A DNA stretch of 48,331 nucleotides, from IMG/VR virus record IMGVR_UViG_3300025451_000020, positions 1 through 48,331 of that record; one strand, given 5' to 3'. Under the pieces are notes generated by a model. The model had not been told where the DNA came from. It saw nothing but the letters and a program-made list of their open reading frames with translations, and did not search any database. Both the position numbers and the translations under genes were made by a program. Below are positions 8,316 to 18,539 of the stretch, piece by piece. This stretch comes from a virus (taxonomy: Duplodnaviria > Caudoviricetes). Each line of letters begins with the position of its first letter. Position 1 is the stretch's first letter.

Positions 8316-11009
8316 ATGCCAATTTCCCCGTTACCCCAGGCCCCGTACCGCCAAGACAGAAAGAATCTTGTAACCCCAATCGTTGGGGATATTCTTTTTT
8401 CGGAGATCCGTGACTGTAACCGAACCGAGTTTCCTGAATACGGTACCGCACACCCAAACCCAGCGAAGTGGCCCCACCATAAACTGTGCTACATTAAGCC
8501 GGTCGATATTGAGCGTAATGAAATCTTTGAGTTCTACTACTGTGCGGACCGCGAAAACCAAGATCTCTATAACTTTGAGTTCTCCAATCAAACGATCACT
8601 GGAGTAGCTGGACGCAAGTTACGGACAGTTATTCGGACCTACGTCACTCCACGCGCAGATTTTGATGCTAATATCCCTGAGTTCAACTCGGTAATGCCGA
8701 ACGAACCAGCCGGTCAATTTGATGTTGTCTACTACTTCTTTGAGAAAGAACAGGCTCGGGTACCCGACAAAGAGCTCGACTCACTTTACATCATCGAGAA
8801 ACGTTCCTACGTTGATGAGTCATTGCTCACCAAACCAGTTTCTATTTCAGTCGAAAAGGGCGACCTAACCCCTGCAAAGTTTCGCTTTAATCTCCCGACG
8901 ACTACCGAAGACCAAGTCGTAGCTGGTGATGTAACGACCCCAGTACTAACTGGAAATCAAATTGCGTCTTCTGAAGACCAGTTAAACTCTTTTACTAAAG
9001 AGGTCAAGACCATCACACGAACTCCTCAAAGTGGAGATATCACGTTAACGGGTAGTAAAGCTTACGTGGAGGGTACAGTCGCTTCTGTTTCCGAGACTCT
9101 TTCTACATCTGATCAGGATCCTGATTCTGGTGTCTTTATCGTTCAATCCGAAGTCACCCCTATAGGAGACGGTCGATTCTTAAAAGAAACGGTGTCCGTT
9201 GATGAATGGCCTACTCTGATCAACTCGGACTGGGACCACGCACTTAAGTCCCAAGTTGTCCGAACAGATACATTCATCGCGTCAACTGATATCGATACAG
9301 ACGCACCGTTCACATCTTACCGTGCCGTTAACAAAGACCGCACCTTACAGTCAGTCGAAGTCGCCCCGACCGATACGCTTACAAATTACTTGTTAGGTTT
9401 ACCGACCCGTATCGATCTTAAATTACCAAATATTCTCCGCGCCGTAGAAATTATTATTTCAGAAGGTGGGGGTAACGGCCAAGGTACGAGTAGTTCTAGT
9501 GGAAATAATGCAGGCGAGTCTTACGCAATTTCCACTATGGGCAAATCTGAAAGCTCGAGTTCAAGTTCAATTAAACCTGACTTACTGATCGATATTGAAC
9601 AACCCTGGGGCTCTGATTTACCAGTAATGGTTTATTATTTTTATATTGAGGCCCCAAATAATGTAGCTTCTGAGTCGGATGTTCTTTATAAATTGAGCAC
9701 CCTAGTTGGAGCTACTGTAAATAGCTGGCCTTATTTCGAGCCGGTATCTAAAACTGTTATCCTTAGAGGTTCTTCTGGTGATTCTGCTTTATCAAATATG
9801 AGTTCACAGGAGAAATCATTTTCAAAAAAATCAGCATCACAAAATAATTCTAGTAGTAATTCAAATACCTACCGGTTTAGTTTAAATATCGATACCGTTA
9901 CTTTACCGCCTACCCTACATAAAGGTTTTGTCTTTACTGGACTAGGTGGAAAATCAATTACTTTACAAACTTCCATAGATGAATCAATTCTTAGTAGCAA
10001 TTTACGGTATCGTTTTTCTGTAGATTTTGATGCTTTAAAAGATCAAATTATTACTTTATGGCCGTCAGGACATAAGTTTTATTGCGCTCAGACTATCGTA
10101 ACAGCTACTAGCTTTTCTGAGTTAGCCTACGGTGTCTACGCAACTAACCCCTATATCGTAGAAACAATTCCAAACACTTCAGACTCTAAAGTCTATATTG
10201 GCGGGGCTGAATCTGATGTAAACCCAACGAACGGGGATGAGCGTTTAAAATTCTCTGAGCATTTCTTAGCTTTAGCTGACGATACAGTTACAATGTACCC
10301 GTCACAGATTAGCTTTTTATCAAAGTATGACGTTGTAGACGCGACAGTATTTACGACAGCTCTTTCTGGGGTCGTCGTTGATTCCATTTTAAATGTTGGT
10401 GAATCTCTTCTTACAACTGATACTCATGTTGTCGTTAACCAACGGTACTTTTTTGATGCTGATTTTACAGTTAACGCTGGTCAAATTATTGTCCTTTCTT
10501 CGGGCCATTCTTTCACTTGCGACGAAACAACAACTACCCCGACTACTACCGGTGTAAAAATCAGAAAAATTGATTTTACTAATGCTTTAGGTGGAGCAGA
10601 TACCATAGTATCCATTGGCGGAGTTTCATATGGGTCAACTACTTATTTTACAGGTTTTGGCCCAAGCTTAGCCTTATCAACTGTTGGAGAAGGAACTTCG
10701 ACTAGGGCAGATTATTTATTCATTCCAACCGGAGGTATTACAGCTTCAGCTCTTCAAGCTGAGAAACAAACACCGATTACTACTTCATTCCTTGAATCAG
10801 AAATCCCTGTTCTTTCATCTACGACTACTCTCGGTACTCCAAACCAAATCACGGCTTTGGTTTCACCAAACTTTGTCCAAGCAACTAACCCGACAGACAT
10901 CCCTCGTTCCGGTATGTACATGGTCCAGTCCAGAGTTGAGCCCTATAAATGGAATTGGCTTAAGTGTATGGCTGTCGTTTTAGACGCTTCTCAGTTTGCT
11001 AAAGGTTAA
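8316..11009 (+). CDS. Large tail/virion structural protein (~897 aa)
   Basis: Likely start is ATG 8316 (MPISPLPQ), just after the fibre stop; Ser/Thr-rich and beta-rich. Confidence 0.65.
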   Translation: MPISPLPQAPYRQDRKNLVTPIVGDILFSEIRDCNRTEFPEYGTAHPNPAKWPHHKLCYIKPVDIERNEIFEFYYCADRENQDLYNFEFSNQTITGVAGRKLRTVIRTYVTPRADFDANIPEFNSVMPNEPAGQFDVVYYFFEKEQARVPDKELDSLYIIEKRSYVDESLLTKPVSISVEKGDLTPAKFRFNLPTTTEDQVVAGDVTTPVLTGNQIASSEDQLNSFTKEVKTITRTPQSGDITLTGSKAYVEGTVASVSETLSTSDQDPDSGVFIVQSEVTPIGDGRFLKETVSVDEWPTLINSDWDHALKSQVVRTDTFIASTDIDTDAPFTSYRAVNKDRTLQSVEVAPTDTLTNYLLGLPTRIDLKLPNILRAVEIIISEGGGNGQGTSSSSGNNAGESYAISTMGKSESSSSSSIKPDLLIDIEQPWGSDLPVMVYYFYIEAPNNVASESDVLYKLSTLVGATVNSWPYFEPVSKTVILRGSSGDSALSNMSSQEKSFSKKSASQNNSSSNSNTYRFSLNIDTVTLPPTLHKGFVFTGLGGKSITLQTSIDESILSSNLRYRFSVDFDALKDQIITLWPSGHKFYCAQTIVTATSFSELAYGVYATNPYIVETIPNTSDSKVYIGGAESDVNPTNGDERLKFSEHFLALADDTVTMYPSQISFLSKYDVVDATVFTTALSGVVVDSILNVGESLLTTDTHVVVNQRYFFDADFTVNAGQIIVLSSGHSFTCDETTTTPTTTGVKIRKIDFTNALGGADTIVSIGGVSYGSTTYFTGFGPSLALSTVGEGTSTRADYLFIPTGGITASALQAEKQTPITTSFLESEIPVLSSTTTLGTPNQITALVSPNFVQATNPTDIPRSGMYMVQSRVEPYKWNWLKCMAVVLDASQFAKG

Positions 11010-11014
11010 AAGTT

Positions 11015-11428
11015 ATGGCTAAAATAAACGACAACACCGATTGGGCTAGCTACGCTACGGCACCTCCTCCGGTAATGACCCAAGGAACCAAAGAGATACG
11101 AGATCGATTATCTGAAGATGCTAGAAAGTTTAGTGAAAATCCAATGGATGAATCTATTCGTCATCCACACCCACACGGGATGGATGACTTCATTAAAAGG
11201 TCGCACCCAGATACAGATAAGAAATCTCAGTTACCGGAATCTAAACCAGAATCTGCGGTACCAACAACCAATAAATCAAATACAACGCCACCATCAGGAC
11301 CTGCTAATTCTCCTTCTCTTTCTAAGCCAAGTAATCCGCTAGTTCCAAAATCTTTTTATTGTTGGGAAGCTGGTAAACTTGGCTTTATTGATTTGTACTG
11401 CAAGTTTGATTTCACAGAACTCAAGTAA
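11015..11428 (+). CDS. Hypothetical protein (Pro/Ser-rich)
   Basis: Fills the operon with short spacers. Confidence 0.6.
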   Translation: MAKINDNTDWASYATAPPPVMTQGTKEIRDRLSEDARKFSENPMDESIRHPHPHGMDDFIKRSHPDTDKKSQLPESKPESAVPTTNKSNTTPPSGPANSPSLSKPSNPLVPKSFYCWEAGKLGFIDLYCKFDFTELK

Positions 11429-11430
11429 TC

Positions 11431-12060
11431 ATGGACTATATTCCAGTGTTTCACGCCCCCCAAATCATTTGTCCGTTCCTGGACCGTGATAAGATGTGTA
11501 CGGTAACAGACGAGTATTATGAATCCCAAAAAGCCTTCGCTGAGGATGAGGATAACAATTACGTATTGTACGAGATACCAGAAGAGGTCGCCATTCAGTG
11601 GAAGTTCAATGTAAAAAAAGTATCTGTGCAGTATTACTTAGTTAGTAGTATGTATACTGAAACTTATGAGTGCTTGGCTAGTCCTTTAGGATTTGAGCCA
11701 AGACAATATTCTCCAGTTGGAAAACCACCACCAAACCTATATCATAATTTATATGGGGCTAAGGAACTAAGTACCGGAGAAACTTACGAGTATTGGGCTA
11801 CTTCTACAACTATTCCTGATAGCCCAGAGTATGACCATTATAAATGGGAACCACCGACTAATGATCGAGGTGCTATCTTCTTGCACGCTGGTAAATGGTA
11901 TCATGCTGGTGGTATGCGGCGTTTCTATGGGATAGAATCAGACCAGCTACCTACCCCGTACTTAACGATGACTACTTATTTATGGGGAGTAGCAACTGGT
12001 CCGTTACCGGTATCTGCTCCCATTCCCCTTTATGCAACAGTCACCGAAACCTTTTTCTAG
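11431..12060 (+). CDS. Hypothetical Tyr/Pro-rich protein
   Basis: 209-aa ORF 2 nt after the previous stop. Confidence 0.6.
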   Translation: MDYIPVFHAPQIICPFLDRDKMCTVTDEYYESQKAFAEDEDNNYVLYEIPEEVAIQWKFNVKKVSVQYYLVSSMYTETYECLASPLGFEPRQYSPVGKPPPNLYHNLYGAKELSTGETYEYWATSTTIPDSPEYDHYKWEPPTNDRGAIFLHAGKWYHAGGMRRFYGIESDQLPTPYLTMTTYLWGVATGPLPVSAPIPLYATVTETFF

Positions 12061-12071
12061 AATCTTGATTC

Positions 12072-12100
12072 TTGACTCTTGTTCTTTATTCCTTTAACCT
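12072..12100 (+). promoter_or_regulatory. sigma70-like promoter
   Basis: TTGACT-17 bp-TAACCT, upstream of ATG 12116. Confidence 0.6.
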
Positions 12101-12115
12101 CTAGACCTTAACATT

Positions 12116-12535
12116 ATGGCCACATATTCTCCACCAAATTCTCCAGGATCTCTTTGGGGTCAGAAAAAACCAGAAGAACTTTTTGGTAACCCATCATTAA
12201 ATCAGGGGCCAAATGTCTCACAAAAACCCACAACAGTTGCTCCTCCGCAAAGTTTCTGGGGCGGATATAACCCCGCGACGCAGAGCGGACAACCAGCTCC
12301 TGCGTTTAGTGGTGGTGGTGGCGGCGAGCTTCCCGCATGGATGCAAAAAGCAGCTAATAGTTTTGAAGAACAGCGTAAAGCTGAGACCCGTGCCCTTAAT
12401 ATGAGCACCGCTGTAGAAGGTGCAAAGGCTGGGATTTCCCCAGTTTCTGCTATTTACGCGGGTACTCCGGCTCAATCTTCTGCTTTTATTAATAAGAAGC
12501 AAAATATTGGGATGCCTTCTAACTACTACCGCTAA
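12116..12535 (+). CDS. Low-complexity Pro/Gly/Ser/Gln-rich protein, possible internal virion protein
   Basis: 139-aa ORF downstream of the promoter. Confidence 0.6.
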   Translation: MATYSPPNSPGSLWGQKKPEELFGNPSLNQGPNVSQKPTTVAPPQSFWGGYNPATQSGQPAPAFSGGGGGELPAWMQKAANSFEEQRKAETRALNMSTAVEGAKAGISPVSAIYAGTPAQSSAFINKKQNIGMPSNYYR

Positions 12536-12675
12536 TGAAACCAATCGTTAAAACACAGAAACAAGTCGCTTATCTTCTTTCAAAGGTTAGCCCTTTAAGT
12601 GGTAAGCAAGAAGCTAAACTTAAGCGTGAGCTTCATTCTAAGAAAGTTCTCGTTGGTCCAAACAAATCTAAGTAA
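12535..12675 (+). CDS. 46-aa basic microprotein (not in ORF track)
   Basis: MKPIVKTQKQVAYLLSKVSPLSGKQEAKLKRELHSKKVLVGPNKSK*; TAATG overlaps at both ends. Confidence 0.65.
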   Translation: MKPIVKTQKQVAYLLSKVSPLSGKQEAKLKRELHSKKVLVGPNKSK

Positions 12676-13301
12676 TGCCCCAACCAGTTTTAGTCCAACC
12701 CTCAGATAAAGCCAAGCAAGCTTACGGGCAAACCGCGGCTTCGGGTATGGACTTGGACCGAGCCTTCGACTATATCAAGAGCTACGAGGGTTTCAAGCCA
12801 GAGCCGTACAAAGACACCAAGGGGAAGTGGACGATTGGGATCGGAACATTGATCGGTACTGGTACCGACGAGGATCTCGCTAAGAGCGGGTACAAAGGGA
12901 AGTCAATCGATCTGAATACTGCGGCTCAAATTGCTCGAGAAGATATCGCTAAGAAAGCAGCTAAGATGTCTAACCCAGATTATCTTGGTCGGATCGTACA
13001 GCAATTTAGTCCAGAGCTACAGACAGGACTCGTTAGTGGTTTTTATCGTGGAGACGTATCTGGTTCCCCGAAGACTTTAAAGCTACTAAATTCTGGTGAC
13101 TTGATCGGAGCGGCTAAAGAATTTTTAGATAGCGACGAGTACCGCAAAGCCAAACAAGAAGGATCTGGGGTTGCTGGTCGGATGCAAGATCTCGCTAACT
13201 TGATCGCTTCTGAGGGGGACCGTAATCCACAGTTCTACCAAACATTTTCTAGCCGTGTTGAGTCTCAATTGAAGAATCCAGCACAGCAAAAACTACCTTA
13301 A
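12675..13301 (+). CDS. Phage lysozyme (GH24, T4-like muramidase), probably virion-associated
   Basis: YEGFKPEPYKDTKGKWTIGIG gives the catalytic E-x8-D-x5-T triad. Confidence 0.85.
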   Translation: MPQPVLVQPSDKAKQAYGQTAASGMDLDRAFDYIKSYEGFKPEPYKDTKGKWTIGIGTLIGTGTDEDLAKSGYKGKSIDLNTAAQIAREDIAKKAAKMSNPDYLGRIVQQFSPELQTGLVSGFYRGDVSGSPKTLKLLNSGDLIGAAKEFLDSDEYRKAKQEGSGVAGRMQDLANLIASEGDRNPQFYQTFSSRVESQLKNPAQQKLP

Positions 13302-13307
13302 AACGCA

Positions 13308-14258
13308 ATGCACGCTACTACTCTCGGACAACTCTCACAGCAACTTAAAAGCTATATCCAACCTGGGCAAAGCTTTGCTAGCTGCCTGAATCAAGCCTTA
13401 CAGGTAATCTACGGGATGGGTATCTGGCGTGATTTAACTATCGAAGGTGTCTTTGACTGCTCAAACGGTTACGTTACTTTACCGGAAGAAGCTGAGTCTG
13501 TACTCTACGCTGTCTTCAATAACCAACCAGCACGTGTTCATAGCTTATGGCATGACTTTCAAGCTGTCGGTGACCGTTATGATTCTACTCTTAGTTTCGG
13601 TTTGGTTGATGATGGATTCAAACCCTTGCTCGTAGACTTAACAGAAGCGACTTCTTCGATTTATATCCAAACTGCGGCTAGCTCTACAATACCGCATAGC
13701 TATTCTTTAAGCGATGGAAACCAATTAACTGTAACTGGTAATGACGGTGACCAGTTTTATACCGGTGTAGTTGTCCCTGACTTAGATTCTGAAAATATTC
13801 AAATTGGTTATAAAGTAGAATTTGGAAGTCCCATAACTAGCATTCTTAATATTTGCTATGAAGGTTTTACTGCTAAATTTGATTTACGTTTAGACCGCGC
13901 AGATCGTGCCACCACTATTGCAACAGTCGGCCCAGGAGATGGTGTCTGCCGATTCCGCCGGTACCGTGTTCCGCAAGCTACATCGAACTCTTATGTTCAT
14001 ATCCTCTGCAAGCGTCAGTTCTTGCCTTTACAAAAAGACAACGAGATTGTTTATATCAACAATTTCGCTGCTTTAAAACACGCTTTACTCGCTATCGTTG
14101 CGGAGGACAACGCGGACTTAGAGCGTTCAGAGATTCACTGGGGTAAGTGCCGCCAGATCTTGGACGAGCAACTAGACCAGTACCGCGGCCCAGCTCGCCC
14201 AAGCTTGAATCTCCAAATGAACGGAGAGGGTATCTTGGCTACTCGTAACTTGTACTAA
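13308..14258 (+). CDS. Probable tail tubular/head-tail adaptor protein
   Basis: Helical N- and C-termini (LNQALQVIY...W; ALKHALLA) around a beta core, as in podovirus adaptors; inference. Confidence 0.5.
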   Translation: MHATTLGQLSQQLKSYIQPGQSFASCLNQALQVIYGMGIWRDLTIEGVFDCSNGYVTLPEEAESVLYAVFNNQPARVHSLWHDFQAVGDRYDSTLSFGLVDDGFKPLLVDLTEATSSIYIQTAASSTIPHSYSLSDGNQLTVTGNDGDQFYTGVVVPDLDSENIQIGYKVEFGSPITSILNICYEGFTAKFDLRLDRADRATTIATVGPGDGVCRFRRYRVPQATSNSYVHILCKRQFLPLQKDNEIVYINNFAALKHALLAIVAEDNADLERSEIHWGKCRQILDEQLDQYRGPARPSLNLQMNGEGILATRNLY

Positions 14259-14520
14259 GTGCCTCCTTGATTATGCCAAGTACATCTTCCCGTAGGATGT
14301 CTTGGACGAAACCTACTTGATTCGCGTCGTCGTTCTCGTATTCGTACAGGATCTTCTCGCAATCCTCGATCCATGTATCTAGTATCTCATAATCGATTCC
14401 TTTAGCGGATCCCTGGAAACCAACCGAGGTTCGAATATTGTCCTCGTCGTCTGACAAAGCTTCTACGTAGATCGTGTACTCTTCTGCTCTGAGTTGGAAT
14501 TTAAGTGGCTCAAGCATCAC
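14239..14520 (-). CDS. Acidic hypothetical protein
   Basis: 93 aa, D/E-rich; start overlaps the primase stop; converges on the structural operon. Confidence 0.6.
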   Translation of the reverse strand: MMLEPLKFQLRAEEYTIYVEALSDDEDNIRTSVGFQGSAKGIDYEILDTWIEDCEKILYEYENDDANQVGFVQDILREDVLGIIKEALSTSYE

Positions 14521-16658
14521 CGTTTAATTTTGATGGTCCAAATACGTCCTGAGCCAGTTGATTGGCTGTTAATCTCACGGGCCTCTTGGTTACTCTTCGA
14601 ATACTCTTCAGCACTACTAAGGTCACGCTGTAAGCGCATAGGCTCCCGTACAATAGGAAAGCTACGAAGTTCATCGATGCGGTTGATTTCGACGACAAGC
14701 TGAGTCGTAGTTCCAGTCCAGTACTCATGTTGAGGATTTGATTCGGCATAGTAGTTAAGGAAGATATCGAGGAGTTCAGTAGCTCCTTGGCGAGCAGAAG
14801 AATCGCGTGCGCTATTTTCGACCATTGGGTGGAAGTAGCTGCGGATCCCGTAACGTGCAGAGCCAAGAACGGCAATGTTTGTATCGTAGTCCAGAAGCCA
14901 ACGAGCGAAGTGCGGGAGCTCACGACCAATCAAGGCTTCTTGCTGCTCGTTCGGTAAGAAGTCACGTACAGAGTTATCACTGATCTTGAAAGCCATTAGC
15001 TTATCCCTGTTACTTGATTCAAGGGTCGGGATCATGCTCAAGCTATTTGCGTCTTCGTTCAAGGTAATGATCGCTCGACCGTACCAGTTGATGTCGGTAC
15101 GGTCAGCGTACTTTGCTTCGACCTGAATCCTTGGGTTCGCAACGAGACGCTTCAGCATTTCAACGAACTTACGGTGGTCGGCAAAGTTAGTGGCAGAAAC
15201 TGAGTCATCGATCGTCCAGATAGGGACCTCGCTTAAGGACTTATTGAAGGTTGTCTTCGCGGCCATGTATTCACTGGCGTCAGCGTGTCCGCCAAGGAGG
15301 TTGCCAACGATGAATTGGCTGAGCAAGGACTTACCGCGTCGTGGAGGTCCAGCGATAATTACAGCGTGACCGCTGAGCTGTTGCTTAAAGTAGCTTGCCT
15401 TGTACGCTCGGCTAAGCCATCCGTACCAGAAGTCCAAAGGCTTGCAGCCAAGTTCATCAGCGATAGGATCAAAGAGCTTATCAAAGAACTCGTGAAGCCA
15501 AGGCCAATCCGTGATATCGCCGGTAGCTGCTGGGGAGACAGCTTTACAGCGGCTTGTATTTACCATGCGTCTACCGTCAGGCTCGATGACTATCTTGTCG
15601 GCTTTAAATACAAAAGGAGCAGCGCCGTCTACACGGTTATGGGTAATGATGTGGTGTAGGGCAGCTTCAACTTCTGTTACTTTTTGTCCCTTCTTCTTCT
15701 CACTACCAAAACCAGCCATCTTCAAGTGAAGGATGACGTTGTCTCGGATATTACGAACAGCACCTGTGGGGCCAATAATCCAGAAGTCACGACCATCGTA
15801 CCAGATATCACTGACTCCTTCGACAATTCGCTTTGTCTCGAACTGTTTAACGAAGTCATTGCCCAGAATCTCACGCCAGCTAACGAAAGGAGAACCAGCC
15901 CGTTCCGAGTAGCAGAGCATCCCGTCAGCTTTAATTACCGCGCCTTCACGATCGATACCATCATCGATCCAGAACAAAGGACCGCGGGAGCCCTCAGAGA
16001 ATTCACCTTTCCAACGGTTAGGCCAGGTCTCTTGAATGTGTTTCTGGATCGTCTCTAGGGGGATATTAACGTCTGTTAAGACCCTCTTGCCGGTACCAAC
16101 CTTGAATAGAGTAGCGATTGATTGTTCTCGGCTAATCGACCCACCAAAGCTCTGCCAGTCTGCCCCGACCTCGAAGTACTGACTTGGGTTCGTACTCGCT
16201 GTATCGAAGCCAGCATGGAGTTTTGTAGCGTTCAATGACTTCGCTAAGTGCTCTAGGACTGCTGTAGCGGTATCTTCGTTGACTAGGATTGGTTGGTCGA
16301 TCTCCCAGATCAAACGTAGATAGCCTGACCAAGTCTTAATTGCGTAGGTTGGTAGGGGATTATCAGGACCCAGCCGCTTAGCGAGGTCTACTTTCAATGA
16401 GTCCCAATTAACGGGGGCGTCGTAATCTAAGATTAAGGTATGAATTTTGCATGGAGGATTTTCAACTCCAATTCGTTCCGCGGGGTTTAAACCTTCTACG
16501 CCGCTAATGAATGCGTGCTTGGTATCCGCCGCGGCACACCAGTTACGGAACGCACTCTTGCTAGTAATCTTGGGGTAGGTACAAGTAAAAGCTGTTGGGT
16601 CAAAATTTAAAGCGTTTGTGGATCGGAGATTCGGGATTGAGAAGTACTTATGGTTCAT
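14517..16658 (-). CDS. Primase-helicase (AEP-like primase + DUF5906/SF3-like NTPase)
   Basis: LILDYD primase motif; Walker A AGPPRRGKS; Walker B WTIDD; IITLNE sensor. ATG 16658 (TTG 16697 is an alternative start). Confidence 0.8.
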   Translation of the reverse strand: MNHKYFSIPNLRSTNALNFDPTAFTCTYPKITSKSAFRNWCAAADTKHAFISGVEGLNPAERIGVENPPCKIHTLILDYDAPVNWDSLKVDLAKRLGPDNPLPTYAIKTWSGYLRLIWEIDQPILVNEDTATAVLEHLAKSLNATKLHAGFDTASTNPSQYFEVGADWQSFGGSISREQSIATLFKVGTGKRVLTDVNIPLETIQKHIQETWPNRWKGEFSEGSRGPLFWIDDGIDREGAVIKADGMLCYSERAGSPFVSWREILGNDFVKQFETKRIVEGVSDIWYDGRDFWIIGPTGAVRNIRDNVILHLKMAGFGSEKKKGQKVTEVEAALHHIITHNRVDGAAPFVFKADKIVIEPDGRRMVNTSRCKAVSPAATGDITDWPWLHEFFDKLFDPIADELGCKPLDFWYGWLSRAYKASYFKQQLSGHAVIIAGPPRRGKSLLSQFIVGNLLGGHADASEYMAAKTTFNKSLSEVPIWTIDDSVSATNFADHRKFVEMLKRLVANPRIQVEAKYADRTDINWYGRAIITLNEDANSLSMIPTLESSNRDKLMAFKISDNSVRDFLPNEQQEALIGRELPHFARWLLDYDTNIAVLGSARYGIRSYFHPMVENSARDSSARQGATELLDIFLNYYAESNPQHEYWTGTTTQLVVEINRIDELRSFPIVREPMRLQRDLSSAEEYSKSNQEAREINSQSTGSGRIWTIKIKR

Positions 16659-16701
16659 TGCTGGATTCTTGTTATTCGGTTTCTTGTAAGCCGTCAAGCG
16701 G

Positions 16702-18444
16702 TTACTTCGTGTAGGCTTTCATTATTTTTCCCTCTGCGTCAAGAGGAATATCGGAGATCCACGGAGGAGGTGTCTGCATCAGCTTCGTAACCGCTGCTAG
16801 AGTTGACTCTGCGTCTTCGTCAAGGCACTCGATGACTACTTCATCGTGTACGTGTAAGATGATCTTGAATCCTGCTTCTTCGATCTGGCGAAGCTGATAG
16901 CAGAAGATGTCACGGGCCAGGCTCTGGCTAGCATTTTCAACGAGCATTCCGAACCATGGACGAACGACCATTGGTCGGCCATTACGAATCATGACGCAGG
17001 TTACGGAATCAGCGGAACGAGTGAGGCCCCGATAAACCATCGCGTTACCGCTTGGGAGCTCGACGCGGAACTCGCCAGACTTAGTAGCCATCCTAACTTG
17101 GCGGTCTAATTTGCGCCAGAACTCGACGACCTTATTCATTTTGGTCTGGTAGAGCCGAACACTTTGCTCAGCTTCTTTGAGTTCGCAGTTCATAATCATG
17201 GCATATTTCTTGGCTGATGCGCCATAACCGCAACCCAAAACCATTCCTTTGACCGTTTGACGAAGCTTCGGGTTATGTTCTTTCAAGGAACCAAGTTCTT
17301 TTTTCCAGAGACCAAAGCGAATCGCAAAGGCTTCGTACATGTCCTCGGTCTCGCGAATCTCATCGAGGGTACTTTTGTCCTCTGCCAGCCAGCAAAGGGT
17401 ACGGACTTCGATCTGGCTTAAGTCAACCACGACCAGAGAAGAACCTTCGGGAGCTTCGATCTGGGCACGGAGGTTGACGCCGAACATATCGCCGCGGGGG
17501 AGATTCTGAAGATTTAGATTTCCGCCGGAACCCGAGAAGCGTTTGGTGTGGGCTCCGCAATAAAGCAAACCGCCGTAGTAGCGATTGTCGTAAGAGCCCC
17601 GTTCGAATGCCTCGACTTTCTTGAGTAGGGCATTGATGCGGCGATAGCTGCGGACTGCATAGACCCACGGGAAGGTATCTGCATACTGGTCCAGCCAAGC
17701 CTCGCACTCTTCGTCACCCATCGCCCAGCTCTTTGGGGGAATAACCCCCGCTTCACGACAAGCCTTCTTTGCTTGTGCTGGACTGAGTAACGCGCCATTA
17801 TCTCGCCAAGGAATCGCCTGCTCAGCTTCCCAGAGCTGAACTCGCAAGGTCTCTGCGTGTTTGCTAACCAAGTCCTCATTTACTGGGATACCTCGGCGAC
17901 AGATCTTTCGGGTGTGTGCGCTGTAGTACCGCTCAAATTCTGGCCACTGAGCTTCGAGTTCTTGCCAGAGCTTAAGACACCACCGGCTATCGTCGAGGGC
18001 GTACTCTGTAACTTCCGCTTTGAAAGCAGGGTCCATCGTTGCCCAGTCCAAGCCCTTCATGTTATCTCGAGTCGCTTTGCTGAGCTCGATACCGAAGACA
18101 TCCTTAACAGCGTTCTTCAATGCGCGGGGCTTACCAAGGTACGCGGTCATATCCGCGGTGCAATGCCACTCAGCAGCGTTGACTAGAGGGTACCAGCCGT
18201 GATCAGCACCGAAGAGATAAAGTGTTTCATCGAAAAAAGCATTGTGGCTAAGAACCCGCTGACCTTCCAGTAAGTTCCAGTCAAAGTCTTTTGGGTGACC
18301 ACAGAATTCATAGCCGTCGTCCGCGACGACCGAGACCATATAAGCGTCAAATTTAGGGTGGGCAAAGTATCCTCGTGGACCTTGTACCGTGATAGAGCAT
18401 TCTTTATCGTAGTAGGATTCGAAATCGACAGCGTAAGTTTTCAT
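16702..18444 (-). CDS. polA: DNA polymerase family A with 3'-5' exonuclease
   Basis: Exo I AVDFESY; NLQNLPR; motif A DLSQIEVR; motif B KGMVLGCGYG; motif C HVHDEV. Confidence 0.93.
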   Translation of the reverse strand: MKTYAVDFESYYDKECSITVQGPRGYFAHPKFDAYMVSVVADDGYEFCGHPKDFDWNLLEGQRVLSHNAFFDETLYLFGADHGWYPLVNAAEWHCTADMTAYLGKPRALKNAVKDVFGIELSKATRDNMKGLDWATMDPAFKAEVTEYALDDSRWCLKLWQELEAQWPEFERYYSAHTRKICRRGIPVNEDLVSKHAETLRVQLWEAEQAIPWRDNGALLSPAQAKKACREAGVIPPKSWAMGDEECEAWLDQYADTFPWVYAVRSYRRINALLKKVEAFERGSYDNRYYGGLLYCGAHTKRFSGSGGNLNLQNLPRGDMFGVNLRAQIEAPEGSSLVVVDLSQIEVRTLCWLAEDKSTLDEIRETEDMYEAFAIRFGLWKKELGSLKEHNPKLRQTVKGMVLGCGYGASAKKYAMIMNCELKEAEQSVRLYQTKMNKVVEFWRKLDRQVRMATKSGEFRVELPSGNAMVYRGLTRSADSVTCVMIRNGRPMVVRPWFGMLVENASQSLARDIFCYQLRQIEEAGFKIILHVHDEVVIECLDEDAESTLAAVTKLMQTPPPWISDIPLDAEGKIMKAYTK

Positions 18445-18476
18445 AGGGAAAATGTTTCTAGTTTCTAGCATAAAGA

Positions 18477-18517
18477 AGCCTGTGACCCTACACTGGGTTG
18501 GTGTAAAGTCACAGGCT
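18477..18517 (-). terminator. Hairpin/intrinsic terminator upstream of the polymerase gene
   Basis: AGCCTGTGAC..TACAC / GTGTA..GTCACAGGCT inverted repeat, followed by TCTTT on the - strand. Confidence 0.55.
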
Positions 18518-18539
18518 AGGGTTGGGTTTTTCTTATCGA

